Shown here piece by piece: positions 48,574 to 62,811 of a stretch of 64,000 nucleotides of DNA; positions within the stretch are counted from its first letter, which is position 1; each line of letters starts with the position of its first letter. Source of the stretch: a bacterium (lineage in GTDB: Bacteria; Patescibacteriota; Patescibacteriia; JACPHY01). The DNA lies in NCBI GenBank assembly GCA_030646955.1, contig JAUSKM010000028.1:1065-65064 (forward strand). Reading direction: 5' to 3'. Under the pieces are notes generated by a model. It had not been told where the DNA came from, did not search any database, and saw only the letters and a list, made by a program, of their open reading frames with translations. A program made the translations under genes and the position numbers.

Positions 48574-49677
48574 CTACGTGGAGTAGACCAGGGTCGTGCG
48601 GGGCTGGTTGCTCACCGCGCGGTCCTCTCGGGCGGGGCGCTGGGGCAGGGGCGCGGGGCGGCTGTCGTGGGGGCGGGCGCCCTTGGCCTTCTGGGTCTGC
48701 ACCCAGCTGGCCCGGCGCTGCTCCGCCTCCTGCACCTCCGCGGCCGCGTTCTCGCAGTGGGAGCGGGCGATCTTCACGGCCTCCGCGAGGGAGATGCCGT
48801 TGGCCTCGGCGTAGTCGAACGTGCGCGTCTTGATGCTCGGCACGAACCCGCCGAACGCCTTGACGAGCTCGTCGAGCTCCGCGTAGGCCGCGCGGTTCAC
48901 CTTCGCCGCCGACGCCTCCTGCTCGCAGGTGGCGCGCATGCGGGCGACGGCCGCCTCCAGCTCCAGCCGCTCCTTCCGGGCCAGGTCGAACGTCCGCTTC
49001 TTGATGTCGCGGACGTCCTTCCCGTACTCGTCGACGAGCGCGTCGAGGGACGCGTGGGCCGCGAGCTGGGCCTCGACCGCGGTGAGCACCGCGAGCGAGA
49101 CGTCGGTGGGCTGGGCCTTGCGGACCCGGCGCACCACGGCGCTCCGGAACTCGCGGTCGTCGCGGCGGGCGGCCGGGATGCACTGGTTCAGCGCGTTGCG
49201 GAGCAGCGCCTCCTTCAGGGCCGCGTTGGGCGAGCAGAAGATCTGCTCCTCCGGCCGCACCTCGTGGTACGCGACCGCGCACTCGTCGCACACGTTCTGC
49301 GCGATCGAGTTTCCCGTTTTGCTGTCACGGGTGACGATGGCGTGCTCGATCCGGACCAGCGACCGCCCCTTGGGGGCACCCTGCTCGAGCCCGCAGGGCC
49401 CGCAGAGGGCGCCCGCGGCGCGCGCGTGCCACCGGTCGTGGCCGCACGCGTGGTGCTGGCGGGGGGCCGCCTTGCGGAGCGGCGTCTTCTTCGCGGGGGC
49501 GTAGGCCTTCTTCGCCGCGGGCGCCTCCGCGGACGCGGAGGGCTCCAGCGCGACCCCGGCCGGGATGGCCGGGCCGGTCGCGTCGTCGGTGTGGCGCGGG
49601 CCCATCTTGCCGACGATGGCGTCCTCGAGATTGATGGCGGGGGCGACGATGGAATCGGTCTGGGTCTGGGTCGTCAT
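48574..49677 (-). CDS. Hypothetical protein with Cys clusters and coiled coil
   Basis: AGGAGGT SD; CGPCG...VCDEC pairs; extreme GC3 bias. Confidence 0.8.
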   Translation of the reverse strand: MTTQTQTDSIVAPAINLEDAIVGKMGPRHTDDATGPAIPAGVALEPSASAEAPAAKKAYAPAKKTPLRKAAPRQHHACGHDRWHARAAGALCGPCGLEQGAPKGRSLVRIEHAIVTRDSKTGNSIAQNVCDECAVAYHEVRPEEQIFCSPNAALKEALLRNALNQCIPAARRDDREFRSAVVRRVRKAQPTDVSLAVLTAVEAQLAAHASLDALVDEYGKDVRDIKKRTFDLARKERLELEAAVARMRATCEQEASAAKVNRAAYAELDELVKAFGGFVPSIKTRTFDYAEANGISLAEAVKIARSHCENAAAEVQEAEQRRASWVQTQKAKGARPHDSRPAPLPQRPAREDRAVSNQPRTTLVYST

Positions 49678-50287
49678 GAGAACCTCCTACCCCGGCTCTG
49701 CCGGGTATGGGTGGGGTTTTGCTCCACGCGCGTGACGTTCACGCGTCGAGCGGATCGTGGTTCATGCGTTCTCCTCCATGAAGCCCGCACGAACAGAAAC
49801 TCTGTCCGCCTCTGTTCAGACGGAACAACCGATATCTCACATGCGACGCGTTATGCGCCCTTCTTCCGTCATTGCGAGGTGTCCGCATCCGCCGGAGGCG
49901 GAAGTCCGCGACGTGGCAATCTCATTTGTGCAGGAGTTGCTTCCGGTGAGATTGCTTCGAGTACTCGCAATGACGGACCTTGGGGTGAGATGTCTGTTGT
50001 TCCGCCCGAATATCCCTTCCTTGTTGGAATGATCAGGGCACAACTGCCCGAGTACGGAGAGATGAAGTGGAATGGGTGCCCAACGTGGGGCTTGTAAAAT
50101 CCACCCAGCTCTCCGTGCTTGGATTGTTGTGCGGCGTGTTCGTGGCGGGGTTGGCGTTTTGTGGGGCGTGTGAGATTGCTTCGCGTACTCGCAATGACGG
50201 GCGGGGGGAGAAATGACGAGGGAAGGGGGATGGTGTGGTTTGCGTGAGATTGTTTCGTCGCGCTCGCAATGACGGGCGTGGGAGCGT

Positions 50288-50453
50288 GCAACGGATTTGG
50301 AGGTGAGTGTTCGATGGTGATCCGGAGATCTTCTCGAACGCGGCGGATGCACTGGGGTTTGCGCAGCTTTCGCCGTGCGAACACAGATTCTCCGTCAATC
50401 TCCGCGAGGCCCGAGGGCTTTGCGGAAGGTTTCTCCTCCTCCAAGTCCGTTGC
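50288..50453 (-). ncRNA. Candidate multi-branched structured RNA in the leader of the minus-strand array
   Basis: Closing helix GCAACGGACTTGGAGG/CCTCCAAATCCGTTGC encloses several hairpins; lies just downstream of the promoter at 50542-50570. Confidence 0.5.
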
Positions 50454-50541
50454 TTCGACAGGCGCCGATAAGGCCCGTCGAAGGTTGTTGGTGGGTTGGT
50501 TGGTTGCCAAGGGAACTTTCGGTTTCTCATCGTAACGATCA

Positions 50542-50570
50542 ACTATACCATGGCCGTGTAAAGCTGTCAA
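50542..50570 (-). promoter_or_regulatory. Near-consensus sigma70 promoter pointing into the minus-strand array
   Basis: TTGACA, 17-bp spacer, TG-extended TATAGT on the minus strand; AT-rich upstream region. Confidence 0.8.
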
Positions 50571-50935
50571 GAGCCATTGACATTAGTGAGCTATGTTGAG
50601 CGAAAAAGTATGTATTATATGGTAAATATATTGTATATTTCTGTAAACAAAATCTGTCGTAACATATAAAATGTTGCGCGATAGTTTACACATTGAAAAC
50701 AAGGGACAAGAAACCAAGAAATAAGGGACATGGAACAAATGGGGCGTCATTGCGAGACCGAGTCGGCTCTGCATCACAAATATTGTCATTTCGACCAAGC
50801 AAGTCCTCGAGCGTAGGGAGAAATCTCACACGGTTCATGGAGCGTAGTGGTTATCGTTGTTTCGTGTGAGATCTCTCGCTTCGTTCGAGATGACACGAGG
50901 AGGAGGCACAGACGGCGTGGTTGTCGTCATCTCAT

Positions 50936-50964
50936 TTGACAGTGATTTTCCTTGGGGATACAGT
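50936..50964 (+). promoter_or_regulatory. sigma70 promoter for rpoBC
   Basis: TTGACA, 17-bp spacer, TACAGT. Confidence 0.7.
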
Positions 50965-51172
50965 AGTGAATGAATCGTTCGTGTGTGGATTTGCTTGTTT
51001 TGGTACAGGTGAGTCCTCGCTCGGGCAAGCTCTACAAAATTACGGATGGCACAAAATTTCGCTCTATTGTGCGAGCGATGTCATCCGCTTCGTCATGACG
51101 GCCGCAACCACGGTCGCCCTGTAGCAATCAAGCAAGATCCTCTGTGGACAACAGAGGCGTTTTTTGTTGTAT

Positions 51173-54421
<3,249 letters not shown>

Positions 54422-54460
54422 TGTCCTTCGGTTCTTCTGTTCTTCAACTTTTCGTCTCGT

Positions 54461-57400
54461 ATGTACGAATCCAAGACACTCGACTTTGATGCCATCCGCT
54501 TGACGCTCGCATCGCCGGAGGCGATTCGCGGGTGGTCGCGCGGGGAAGTGACGAAGCCGGAAACCATTAACTACCGAACGCAGAAACCAGAGAAGCACGG
54601 GCTGTTCTGTGAAATGATCTTCGGGCCAACCAAGGACTGGGAGTGCTACTGCGGGAAGTACAAGAAGCTGCGCTTCAAGGGCATCGTGTGCGACAAGTGC
54701 GGCGTGGAGGTGACGCACTCGATCGTGCGGCGCGAACGCATGGGCCACATTGACCTGGCATCGCCGGTCACGCACATCTGGTTCCTCCGCTCCGTGCCGT
54801 CCAAGATTGGCCTCGTGCTGGACGTGGGCGTGCAGACCATCGAGAAGGTGGTGTACTTTGCCAACTTCATCGTGACGAACGTGGACGAGGAGCTCCGGAA
54901 GGAGACGATGGAGCAGGTGAAGCGCGAATACAAGGGGAAGGTGAAGCAGATTGATGCGGAGCACGAGCAGGCGATGCGGCGGCTCCAGGAAGGGGAGACA
55001 CCTGCCACTGCAAAGCAGCTCAAGGCGTTGGAGGAGGAGCGCGATCGCAAACGTGAGGAGTTGGACGAGGACTTCCGTATGGCGGAGGAAGAGCTGAAGG
55101 ACCTCCGACCGTTCGCCATTCTCTCCGAGCAACAGTACCAGGAGCGCTCGCTCAAGTACGGCCACATCTTCCACGCGGGTATCGGCGCGCACGCCATTCG
55201 ATCGCTCCTGGAGCGCATTGATTTGGTGAAGACCATGGAGGAGCTGGCGACAGAGCTGCTGGACGCGCAGGGGCAGAAGCGTGACCGTATCATCCGCCGT
55301 CTACGTTTGCTCCGCGCGCTTCACCTCAACCACATCAAGCCCGAGTGGATGGTGCTGACGGCCGTGCCGGTGATCCCGCCAGACCTGCGCCCGATGGTGG
55401 CGTTGGATGGTGGGCGGTTTGCAACGTCCGACCTCAACGACCTCTACCGCCGCGTGATCAACCGAAACAACCGCTTGAAGCGCCTCATCGAACTCAACGC
55501 GCCGGAAGTCATCGCGCGTAACGAGCGACGTATGCTCCAGGAGGCCGTGGACGCGCTTATTGATAACTCCGCGCGTGCGTCCAAGACCGTCATGGCTGCC
55601 ACGGGGCAGAAGCGGCAGCTCAAGTCCCTCGCGGACACGCTGAAGGGAAAGCAGGGACGGTTCCGTCAGAACCTCTTGGGCAAGCGCATCGACTACTCTG
55701 GCCGATCGGTCATCGTGGTGGGACCCAGCCTCGCGTTGGGCGAGTGCGGCATCCCGAAGCGTATGGCGTTGGAGCTCTTCAAGCCGTTCGTCATCGCCAA
55801 GCTTATCGATCGCGGCCTGGCGCACAACATTCGCGGCGCAAACCGCGTCATCGAGTCCGACCGCGCGGAGGTGTGGGACATCCTGGAAGAGATTACGAAG
55901 GACAGCCACGTGCTCCTCAACCGCGCGCCGACGCTCCACCGATTGGGCATCCAGGCGTTCCGGCCCAAGCTCATCGAGGGCAAGGCCATCCAGATTCATC
56001 CATTGGTGTGTACCGCGTACAACGCGGACTTTGATGGTGACCAGATGGCGGTGCACGTGCCGATCACGCGTGAGGCGCGTGCGGAGGCGGCAACGCGCAT
56101 GCTCGCATCGAACAACCTCCTGAAGCCGGCAACGGGCGCGCCGATCGTGACGCCGCGCATGGACATGGCGTGGGGGTGTTACCTCCTTACGATCGCGGAC
56201 GGACGAGCCGAGGACGCGCCGTGGCGGTACTTCGCAAGCCCCGCAGACGCGAAGCTTGCGGAGGCGAGCGGTGCCATTGGGCTACGCGAGTTGATGAAGG
56301 TGCGCTTCCCCGTGAACGATGTGCGCTGGGCGCCTGCGGGGTTCATCGAGACCACGGTAGGCCGGCTCCTCTTCCACGAGGTGCTCCCTGCTGGCACGAT
56401 CTTCCGCAATGCGCCGGTATCCAGCACGACGCTGGGCGACGTGGTGCGCGAGTGTCTCCACCAGTTTGGACGCGAGGCAACGGCAAAGCTCGTGGATGAT
56501 ATCAAACAGCTTGGGTTCCGCTATGCGCAGTACTTTGCGCACTCGTGGGCCATTGCGGACCTTCCGACGCTTCCGAACAAGCACGTGATCCTGGATGGGT
56601 CCCAGCGGCTGGTGGATGAAATCGAAGAACAATACGAAGAGGGCTTGCTGACCGATGACGAGCGTCACGCGCAGGTCATTCAGGTGTGGACGGATGCGAA
56701 GGAGCAGATCGTGCGCCACAGCAAAGAGGTGCTGGATCCGCTGGGTACCGTGGCTACCATGATTGAGTCCGGCGCGCGCGGCAACTGGACGCAGCTCACG
56801 CAGATGGTGGGTATGAAGGGGCTGGTGACCAACCCGGCCGGTGAAATTATCGAGCTGCCGGTGAAGGGAAGCTTCAAGGATGGATTGGATGTCATCGAGT
56901 ATTTTATCTCGACGCACGGTGCCCGGAAGGGGTTGACGGACACCGCGCTCAAGACCGCAAACGCCGGATACCTCACGCGTCGTCTTGTGGACGTTGCGCA
57001 GGACGTGGTGGTGCAGACCGAGGACTGCGGCGATACGAATGGATGGGTGGTCAGTCGTGTGGCATCGGATGAGATGGGTGTCTCGCTCCCGAAGCGCATC
57101 GCCGGTCGCGTCACGTTGGACGATATCACCGTTGGAGGCAACGTGATCGTGCGTGCGGGCGAGTACGTGTTACCGGAGCACGTGGAAGTGATCGAGCAGG
57201 AGACGCCGGAATGTATCCGTGTGCGCTCGGTCATCTCCTGCCGCATGCGTCGCGGGCTCTGCCAGGCGTGCTACGGGTGGGACCTTGCGTACAATCAGCC
57301 CGTGGAGATTGGCACTGCGGTGGGCATCATTGCCGCGCAGTCCATCGGCGAGCCGGGCACGCAGCTCACCATGCGGACGTTCCACACCGGTGGCGTAGCC

Positions 57401-58426
57401 GCGGCGGCGGACATCACGCAGGGTCTCCCGCGCGTGGAAGAGCTTTTCGAGGCGCGCGCGCCGAAGCGCAAGGCGTTCATTACGCCGGAGGATGGGACGG
57501 TGCGCATCGAAGCACGCGAGAAGGTCATTGAGGACGCGACAGGCAAGGAGATCCTCAAGGGACAGAAGGGACAGAAGATTGTTTCCATCACCTACGAAGG
57601 GTACGACGAGCAGGAGTTCATGCTCATGCGCGGCGGCGAGAAGACCACGCTCACAGCCCGCGTTGCGGACGGCGAGCGCGTGGTCGCGGGGCAGGTGCTG
57701 GCGAAGTACCGCACGGACGAGGTGACCGCGCCTGCGGACGGCATCGTGGTGGTGCGCGAGGACCGCGTGATCTTCAAGCGGCCAATGGAGAAGGTGGCTG
57801 AGGTGGTCATCCCACCGGGATTCGTGCTCAAGGTGCGCGATGCAGATCGCGTGACGCGCGGCCAGCAGCTCACGGACGGCGCAGTGGACCCGCACGAGCT
57901 CTACGAGGTGGGCGGCAAGGAGGCCGTGGCGCGTTACATCCTGAAGGAGGTGCAGTCCATCTACACGTCGCAGGGCCAGAAGCTGAACGACAAGCACGTG
58001 GAATGCATCGTGCGCCAGCTCTTCAGCCGTGTGTCCATCCATGACTCCGGCGAGACAGCGCTGCTCCCGGGCGAGATCGTAGAGCGTGCGGAGTTTGAGG
58101 AGGCCAACGAGGCCGCCAAGAAGGACAGCAGGCAGCTTGCGACCGGCGAGAATCTCTTCCTGGGCATCTCGCGCGTCTCGCTCTCCACGCGATCATTCCT
58201 CTCGTCCGCATCCTTCCAGGAGACCGCCAAGGTGCTCATCAATGCCGCGGTCACGGGTAAGGTGGACCGGCTGGACGGTCTCAAGGAGAACGTCATCATC
58301 GGCCGCCTCATCCCCGCAGGTACCGGGTTCCGCCCGTACATGCAAGCCGCGGAGGACGTGGCGTACGATGTCGTCCCCGTGGGTGAGCTTGCCAAGCCGG
58401 ATGCGGAGGGGCCGCGCAAGTGGTAG
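54461..58426 (+). CDS. rpoC: RNA polymerase beta-prime subunit
   Basis: KPETINYRT, zinc finger CYCGKYK...[16 protein letters not shown] and [15 protein letters not shown]. Confidence 0.99.
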   Translation: MYESKTLDFDAIRLTLASPEAIRGWSRGEVTKPETINYRTQKPEKHGLFCEMIFGPTKDWECYCGKYKKLRFKGIVCDKCGVEVTHSIVRRERMGHIDLASPVTHIWFLRSVPSKIGLVLDVGVQTIEKVVYFANFIVTNVDEELRKETMEQVKREYKGKVKQIDAEHEQAMRRLQEGETPATAKQLKALEEERDRKREELDEDFRMAEEELKDLRPFAILSEQQYQERSLKYGHIFHAGIGAHAIRSLLERIDLVKTMEELATELLDAQGQKRDRIIRRLRLLRALHLNHIKPEWMVLTAVPVIPPDLRPMVALDGGRFATSDLNDLYRRVINRNNRLKRLIELNAPEVIARNERRMLQEAVDALIDNSARASKTVMAATGQKRQLKSLADTLKGKQGRFRQNLLGKRIDYSGRSVIVVGPSLALGECGIPKRMALELFKPFVIAKLIDRGLAHNIRGANRVIESDRAEVWDILEEITKDSHVLLNRAPTLHRLGIQAFRPKLIEGKAIQIHPLVCTAYNADFDGDQMAVHVPITREARAEAATRMLASNNLLKPATGAPIVTPRMDMAWGCYLLTIADGRAEDAPWRYFASPADAKLAEASGAIGLRELMKVRFPVNDVRWAPAGFIETTVGRLLFHEVLPAGTIFRNAPVSSTTLGDVVRECLHQFGREATAKLVDDIKQLGFRYAQYFAHSWAIADLPTLPNKHVILDGSQRLVDEIEEQYEEGLLTDDERHAQVIQVWTDAKEQIVRHSKEVLDPLGTVATMIESGARGNWTQLTQMVGMKGLVTNPAGEIIELPVKGSFKDGLDVIEYFISTHGARKGLTDTALKTANAGYLTRRLVDVAQDVVVQTEDCGDTNGWVVSRVASDEMGVSLPKRIAGRVTLDDITVGGNVIVRAGEYVLPEHVEVIEQETPECIRVRSVISCRMRRGLCQACYGWDLAYNQPVEIGTAVGIIAAQSIGEPGTQLTMRTFHTGGVAAAADITQGLPRVEELFEARAPKRKAFITPEDGTVRIEAREKVIEDATGKEILKGQKGQKIVSITYEGYDEQEFMLMRGGEKTTLTARVADGERVVAGQVLAKYRTDEVTAPADGIVVVREDRVIFKRPMEKVAEVVIPPGFVLKVRDADRVTRGQQLTDGAVDPHELYEVGGKEAVARYILKEVQSIYTSQGQKLNDKHVECIVRQLFSRVSIHDSGETALLPGEIVERAEFEEANEAAKKDSRQLATGENLFLGISRVSLSTRSFLSSASFQETAKVLINAAVTGKVDRLDGLKENVIIGRLIPAGTGFRPYMQAAEDVAYDVVPVGELAKPDAEGPRKW

Positions 58427-58708
58427 GGGCCCACGGATGGCGCACGGATTGCACGGATAGAAAATCACACCACCCAGACACATGTCTGGGTGGTGTGATG
58501 TTGTATGAATTTCTCCCCATCTTACAGGGGGGTGGCGTGTATTTCTAGTCCCTCCACTCCCGCCGGGAGGGGAGGTTAGGAGGGGTGGGCGGTGCGCGAG
58601 CGGGTATCTCTATGCCAAAAGCTTCTCCATCAACCCCCCTCTAGTAGGAAGGGAAAAAAAGAAAGAAGAACACCGCGCCCGGTAAGGGGCGCGGTGCGTG
58701 TTGTCGTG

Positions 58709-59152
58709 CTATGCGCTTCCGCCGGAGTCCAGCGGTCGTCGCGGTAGGATTCTGAGGTGGCAGCGGAAGGACGAGCAGGCAACGAATGTTTCCCGATCCG
58801 GCATGGAGCACATGAGATCCCATTCGTCGTTGTCGCCGACCCAGTGTCCGGGGGCTGCGAGTAGCGCATCGATGCGCCGCTCGTTGATCATTGGCGTGCT
58901 GATGAACAGCTGCATGTCCTCCGATGTCACCGTAAAACCCGTGATGGTGCCACCGATGGACACCAAGGTGAACGCCTGCTGCTCGCTCGGGCGATACTTG
59001 ACGGTTAGACGGAACTCTCGACCAACCAGGTCGTCCGGCAGACGGAGGTCTGTGAAGACCGTTTTGACGCGTTGTTCGCTCCGTTGCACAAGTGCCAGCG
59101 GCTTCAGGTCGCCAACCGGCATGACGAGAGCCGGATCATTGTCTTCCTCCAT
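58709..59152 (-). CDS. Hypothetical protein
   Basis: AGGAGGAG SD before ATG (MEEDNDP...). Confidence 0.65.
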   Translation of the reverse strand: MEEDNDPALVMPVGDLKPLALVQRSEQRVKTVFTDLRLPDDLVGREFRLTVKYRPSEQQAFTLVSIGGTITGFTVTSEDMQLFISTPMINERRIDALLAAPGHWVGDNDEWDLMCSMPDRETFVACSSFRCHLRILPRRPLDSGGSA

Positions 59153-59160
59153 GGCTCCTC

Positions 59161-59526
59161 CTACCGTTCGACATCCGCGCCGCAGTGGACGCCGGGGTTG
59201 GCGGGGGAGGCATCGTAGCCGGAGACCGTGAGCCGGTACGCGCCGGTGCGGCGACGGTCTGCGCCCATCGCCTGCCATGCGCCGTCGCGTCCGCCGCGCA
59301 GCTCGGTGATGGGCTCGCCGTCGATGGTGCCCATCACCTGGAGCGTGAGCGTACCGTCCTCCTCCAACGCGACGCCGGTGACGTTGACGCTGAGCGGCGC
59401 GGCCACGTTGTCCGCCGGTGTGATCTCCACCGTGGCGCCCGAGAGCGCCGCCGGTTCCACGCTGGCAAGGCCAGCGAGCGCCAGCGCCGTCCGCAGCGCC
59501 TGCGTATCATCATGCTTCTGGGTCAT
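59161..59526 (-). CDS. Hypothetical protein
   Basis: AAGGAGG SD; upstream TTGACA and boxA-like GTCCTTTGAACA. Confidence 0.7.
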   Translation of the reverse strand: MTQKHDDTQALRTALALAGLASVEPAALSGATVEITPADNVAAPLSVNVTGVALEEDGTLTLQVMGTIDGEPITELRGGRDGAWQAMGADRRRTGAYRLTVSGYDASPANPGVHCGADVER

Positions 59527-59669
59527 CGATCCTCCTTTTCTTTCTTGATTGTTCAAAGGACGTTGTTACAATCCTGGCACAATGTTGCGTAATTGTCAAG
59601 CGCCAGGAAGGTGGGTACGGTAGGGGCGTGGATTCGTTTGGTCTCATGGGGTAGCTTGCGGCTTTTTTC

Positions 59670-60794
59670 ATGCTCTCCATTATCATTCCCGTCTTCAACG
59701 AGGCGCAATCGCTCCGGCATCTCCATGACGAGTTGCACTGGGCATGCGCGTATCTTCCTGTTCCCCTCCCTCCCCGCGTCCTCGGGGAGAGGGAGGGGAA
59801 GGGAGGGGGGGGTGGCATGGTGGCGCAGGACGAAGGCCACCTCTCCCCCCTGTATCCCCCCTCCCCCCGGGGACGCGGGGAGGGGGGAGAAAATTTTTTT
59901 GAATTCATCTACGTCGACGATGGTTCATCGGATGCATCGTGGGAAGTCATACGGGAACTGGCGGCGCGCGACCCGCGCGTGGTCGCGGTGCGATTGCGGC
60001 GTAACTGCGGGAAGGCGACGGCATACGCGGCCGGCCTGGCCCATGCTTGTGGCGAGATGATCGCGACGATCGATGCAGACCTCCAGGATGATCCGGCAGA
60101 ATTAGGGAAGCTACTTGCGCGCGTGTCTCCCCCTCCTGCTTGGAGGGGGAGACAAAGAGGGGGTGGAGCGGATGGAGGGGGGGGAAAGAGGGCGGACATG
60201 GTTGTCGGGTACAAGGAGTACCGGCAGGACGTATCTGTCAAAATTTTCTCCTCGCGTCTCTTCAATGCTGCACTCCGTGCGGTTGCCGGCACAACACTGC
60301 GTGATCATAACTCCGGTTTCCGCGTGATGACGCGCGAGGTTGCGGATGAGCTGCCACTCCGCGGAGATCTCCACCGTGTCCTCCCCGCGATTGCTGCGAT
60401 GCACGGGTACCGCGTTGCAGAGGTTGCGGTGGTGCACCGCGCGCGGCGTTTTGGCGCGTCCAAGTACGGCCGCACCGGCCTCTCGCGTGCGTTCCGCGGT
60501 CTTTTTGATCTCCTGACCATCGCGTTTCTCTACCGCTTCCGCGCCCGGCCACTCCACTTTTTTGGCGCGTTTGGCCTCGCGCTCCTGGCTCTTGGGGGTG
60601 GCATCAACGCGTACCTGACGATCGTGTGGCTCGGCGGCGCCTCCATCGGCACACGTCCGCTGCTTCTCCTGGGCGTGCTCCTGGTAGTGCTTGGGGTACA
60701 ATTTATTTCGACGGGCTTCCTTGCAGATCTCGTGGTGCTGCGCAGAGCGCAGGAGGAGCAGCTTCCTATTCGTGAGGTGGTGCGCGGCGTATGA
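59670..60794 (+). CDS. Family 2 glycosyltransferase (ArnC/GtrB-like) with two in-frame palindromic insertions
   Basis: IIIPVFNE, YVDDGSSD, DADLQDDP, D.NSGF, G.SKY and two C-terminal TMs. Confidence 0.92.
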   Translation: MLSIIIPVFNEAQSLRHLHDELHWACAYLPVPLPPRVLGEREGKGGGGGMVAQDEGHLSPLYPPSPRGRGEGGENFFEFIYVDDGSSDASWEVIRELAARDPRVVAVRLRRNCGKATAYAAGLAHACGEMIATIDADLQDDPAELGKLLARVSPPPAWRGRQRGGGADGGGGKRADMVVGYKEYRQDVSVKIFSSRLFNAALRAVAGTTLRDHNSGFRVMTREVADELPLRGDLHRVLPAIAAMHGYRVAEVAVVHRARRFGASKYGRTGLSRAFRGLFDLLTIAFLYRFRARPLHFFGAFGLALLALGGGINAYLTIVWLGGASIGTRPLLLLGVLLVVLGVQFISTGFLADLVVLRRAQEEQLPIREVVRGV

Positions 60795-61102
60795 TGGGCG
60801 CAATCGGCCGGTACATGGCAAGCTGGGATGCCTGGACGTGGTTTGGGTTCCTGGCGCAGGCATTCTTCTTTGGGCGGTTTGTCGTGCAATGGTGGGCGAC
60901 AGAAAAACACCGCCGGGTGGTGATCCCCGCGGCATTCTGGTGGCTCTCGCTCGTGGGCGGGACGCTCATCTTTGTGTATGCGTTGGTGCGGCGCGACCCC
61001 GTGTTCGTCGTGGGCTCTGCGCTCGCTCTGGTCATCTATGCGCGCAATGTATACTTCCACTACGGCGTGGCGCGTTCCCAGAGCGACCAGCCGTCCACAT
61101 GA
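60791..61102 (+). CDS. Lipid-A-disaccharide synthase N-terminal (LAB_N) domain membrane protein
   Basis: GFLAQAFFFGRFVVQW..TEK...V.P.AFWWLSL.G...Y...R.DPVF...IY.RN motif. Confidence 0.85.
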   Translation: MMGAIGRYMASWDAWTWFGFLAQAFFFGRFVVQWWATEKHRRVVIPAAFWWLSLVGGTLIFVYALVRRDPVFVVGSALALVIYARNVYFHYGVARSQSDQPST

Positions 61103-62718
61103 CGCGGCGTACCGACCCGCGCGCGGAGATCCTCCGGGATCTCCGTTTCTGTTTTCGTGAGGAGCCAACTGCGTTCTTTGAGAACCAGTTTTTCGTGTGT
61201 GCGTTCAACGTCCAGCAACCCGTCCGAGATGCGCACGTCCGGCAATGCAGCGCGAAGCGTAAAGTACGCCGCGGGTTGCGTCTGCCATGCAAATCCGTAC
61301 GTGACCAACCCGTTGGCGCGGCCTTCGCGTAGCACCGCGATGATGCGCGGGAATGATGATGGAGGATACTCGCGGCGCAGGGTGTGGAACGTTTGCACGC
61401 TCGCAAGGCCCACGGTGGCGAGAAGGAGTAGGATGATAAGCCGCCGCACTCGCGTCGCACGTTGCACAATGCACGTGAGGCCTGCAATGAGCATGGCGGT
61501 TGCGGGGAAGAGGGGAAGGAGGTACCACGCGAATTTCGTCTGCGCGAACGAGTAGCCGATGAAAACGGTGAGCCACCAGATCGCCAGCAAATCCACAGTG
61601 GGCCACCGCAGCAGCTCCTCAAAGCGATCCATCGCGCGGTGCGTTTGCGGAACGTGCCGTCGCAGCAACGCGAGGAGCGGTGCAATGGGGCTGTGGCGGA
61701 CGATGAACCACTGAACATTGCGCACCATCGTCATCGCGCCGATGCCGATGAGCACCGCGAGCATCCACCAGGCGTACGGCCCCGCAGTATGTGCAAACGC
61801 GCCGATGTACCACAGCGGCCCCGCGCCCTCGTTGTGGAGCTGCGTCGTCACGCGGTGCACGACGTGCCATCCCATGTACTCCTCCCAGAAGATGCCGCCG
61901 TGCAGCAAGGTCATTGCGAGGTGCCAGGGGAGGGTGATGATAAGGAACACGGAACATGGAACAAGGAACTGCCGGAAAGAGATGCGGATCATTTTTCGAT
62001 ACAAGAACCAGTGGAGCGCGATGATGGGAAGTGGCAGCAGACCCGCGGCGGATTTGGTCATCACGGCAAGTCCCATCGCAACGCCGAAAATGGCGAGCCA
62101 AAAAGAGACACCCATCCCCCCAGAGCGGGGATGGTGGACGATTATTGTCTGATCCTCCCCCTCTCCGCGTCCGCGGGGGGAGGGGGAGCGAGAGGGGGAG
62201 GGGTGGCATGTGGTTTTCCACCACGCAAAGAGTGCCAGCAGTACAAAGAACGTCAGCATCCCATCCATCTCCCCAGTTCGGAACGCATGTTCGTGCACCG
62301 CGGGGAAGGTGGCCATGATGGCTCCCGCGAGGAACGCCGCCAGCCGTGAGCGACGCCACTCCCACGTCCACCATGCCGTGAGCAGCACGACGCCGATGCC
62401 CGCAAGCGCGGATGGCAGCCGGAGTGCCCACACGATTCCCTTCCATCCCTCCCCCTCCCCGCGTCCGCGGGGGGAGGGGTGGAATGCCATGAGTGTGCTC
62501 GTCACCCAAATCTTGAGCGGCGGTTTTCGGAAATACGGCGCGTTCGTATAGGAAGGCGCCAGGAAATTGCCCCGCTCCACCATCTCCAAGCTCACTTCGC
62601 CATGTATCGCTTCGTCAAAATTGACATACGGCCGCGCGTCCAACCGCCAGAGCATCACAAACCCCGCCAGCGCGAAAAGCGCCAGGAACCAACCGTGCGC
62701 GCGAATGATGTGATACAT
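61060..62718 (-). CDS. ArnT/PMT-like (GT-C) multi-TM glycosyltransferase with palindromic insertions
   Basis: FDEAIH, YFRKPPL, LRLPSAL, TKS and WYLLPLFP. Confidence 0.88.
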   Translation of the reverse strand: MYHIIRAHGWFLALFALAGFVMLWRLDARPYVNFDEAIHGEVSLEMVERGNFLAPSYTNAPYFRKPPLKIWVTSTLMAFHPSPRGRGEGEGWKGIVWALRLPSALAGIGVVLLTAWWTWEWRRSRLAAFLAGAIMATFPAVHEHAFRTGEMDGMLTFFVLLALFAWWKTTCHPSPSRSPSPRGRGEGEDQTIIVHHPRSGGMGVSFWLAIFGVAMGLAVMTKSAAGLLPLPIIALHWFLYRKMIRISFRQFLVPCSVFLIITLPWHLAMTLLHGGIFWEEYMGWHVVHRVTTQLHNEGAGPLWYIGAFAHTAGPYAWWMLAVLIGIGAMTMVRNVQWFIVRHSPIAPLLALLRRHVPQTHRAMDRFEELLRWPTVDLLAIWWLTVFIGYSFAQTKFAWYLLPLFPATAMLIAGLTCIVQRATRVRRLIILLLLATVGLASVQTFHTLRREYPPSSFPRIIAVLREGRANGLVTYGFAWQTQPAAYFTLRAALPDVRISDGLLDVERTHEKLVLKERSWLLTKTETEIPEDLRARVGTPRHVDGWSLWERATP

Positions 62719-62811
62719 ACCACTCTATCGTAGCAGGTGGGGCAGAGACTTGACGGGAGGCGGGATTCTTGATGGAGTGAATATGGCGCACGGTGCGCAG
62801 GAGGAGGACGC

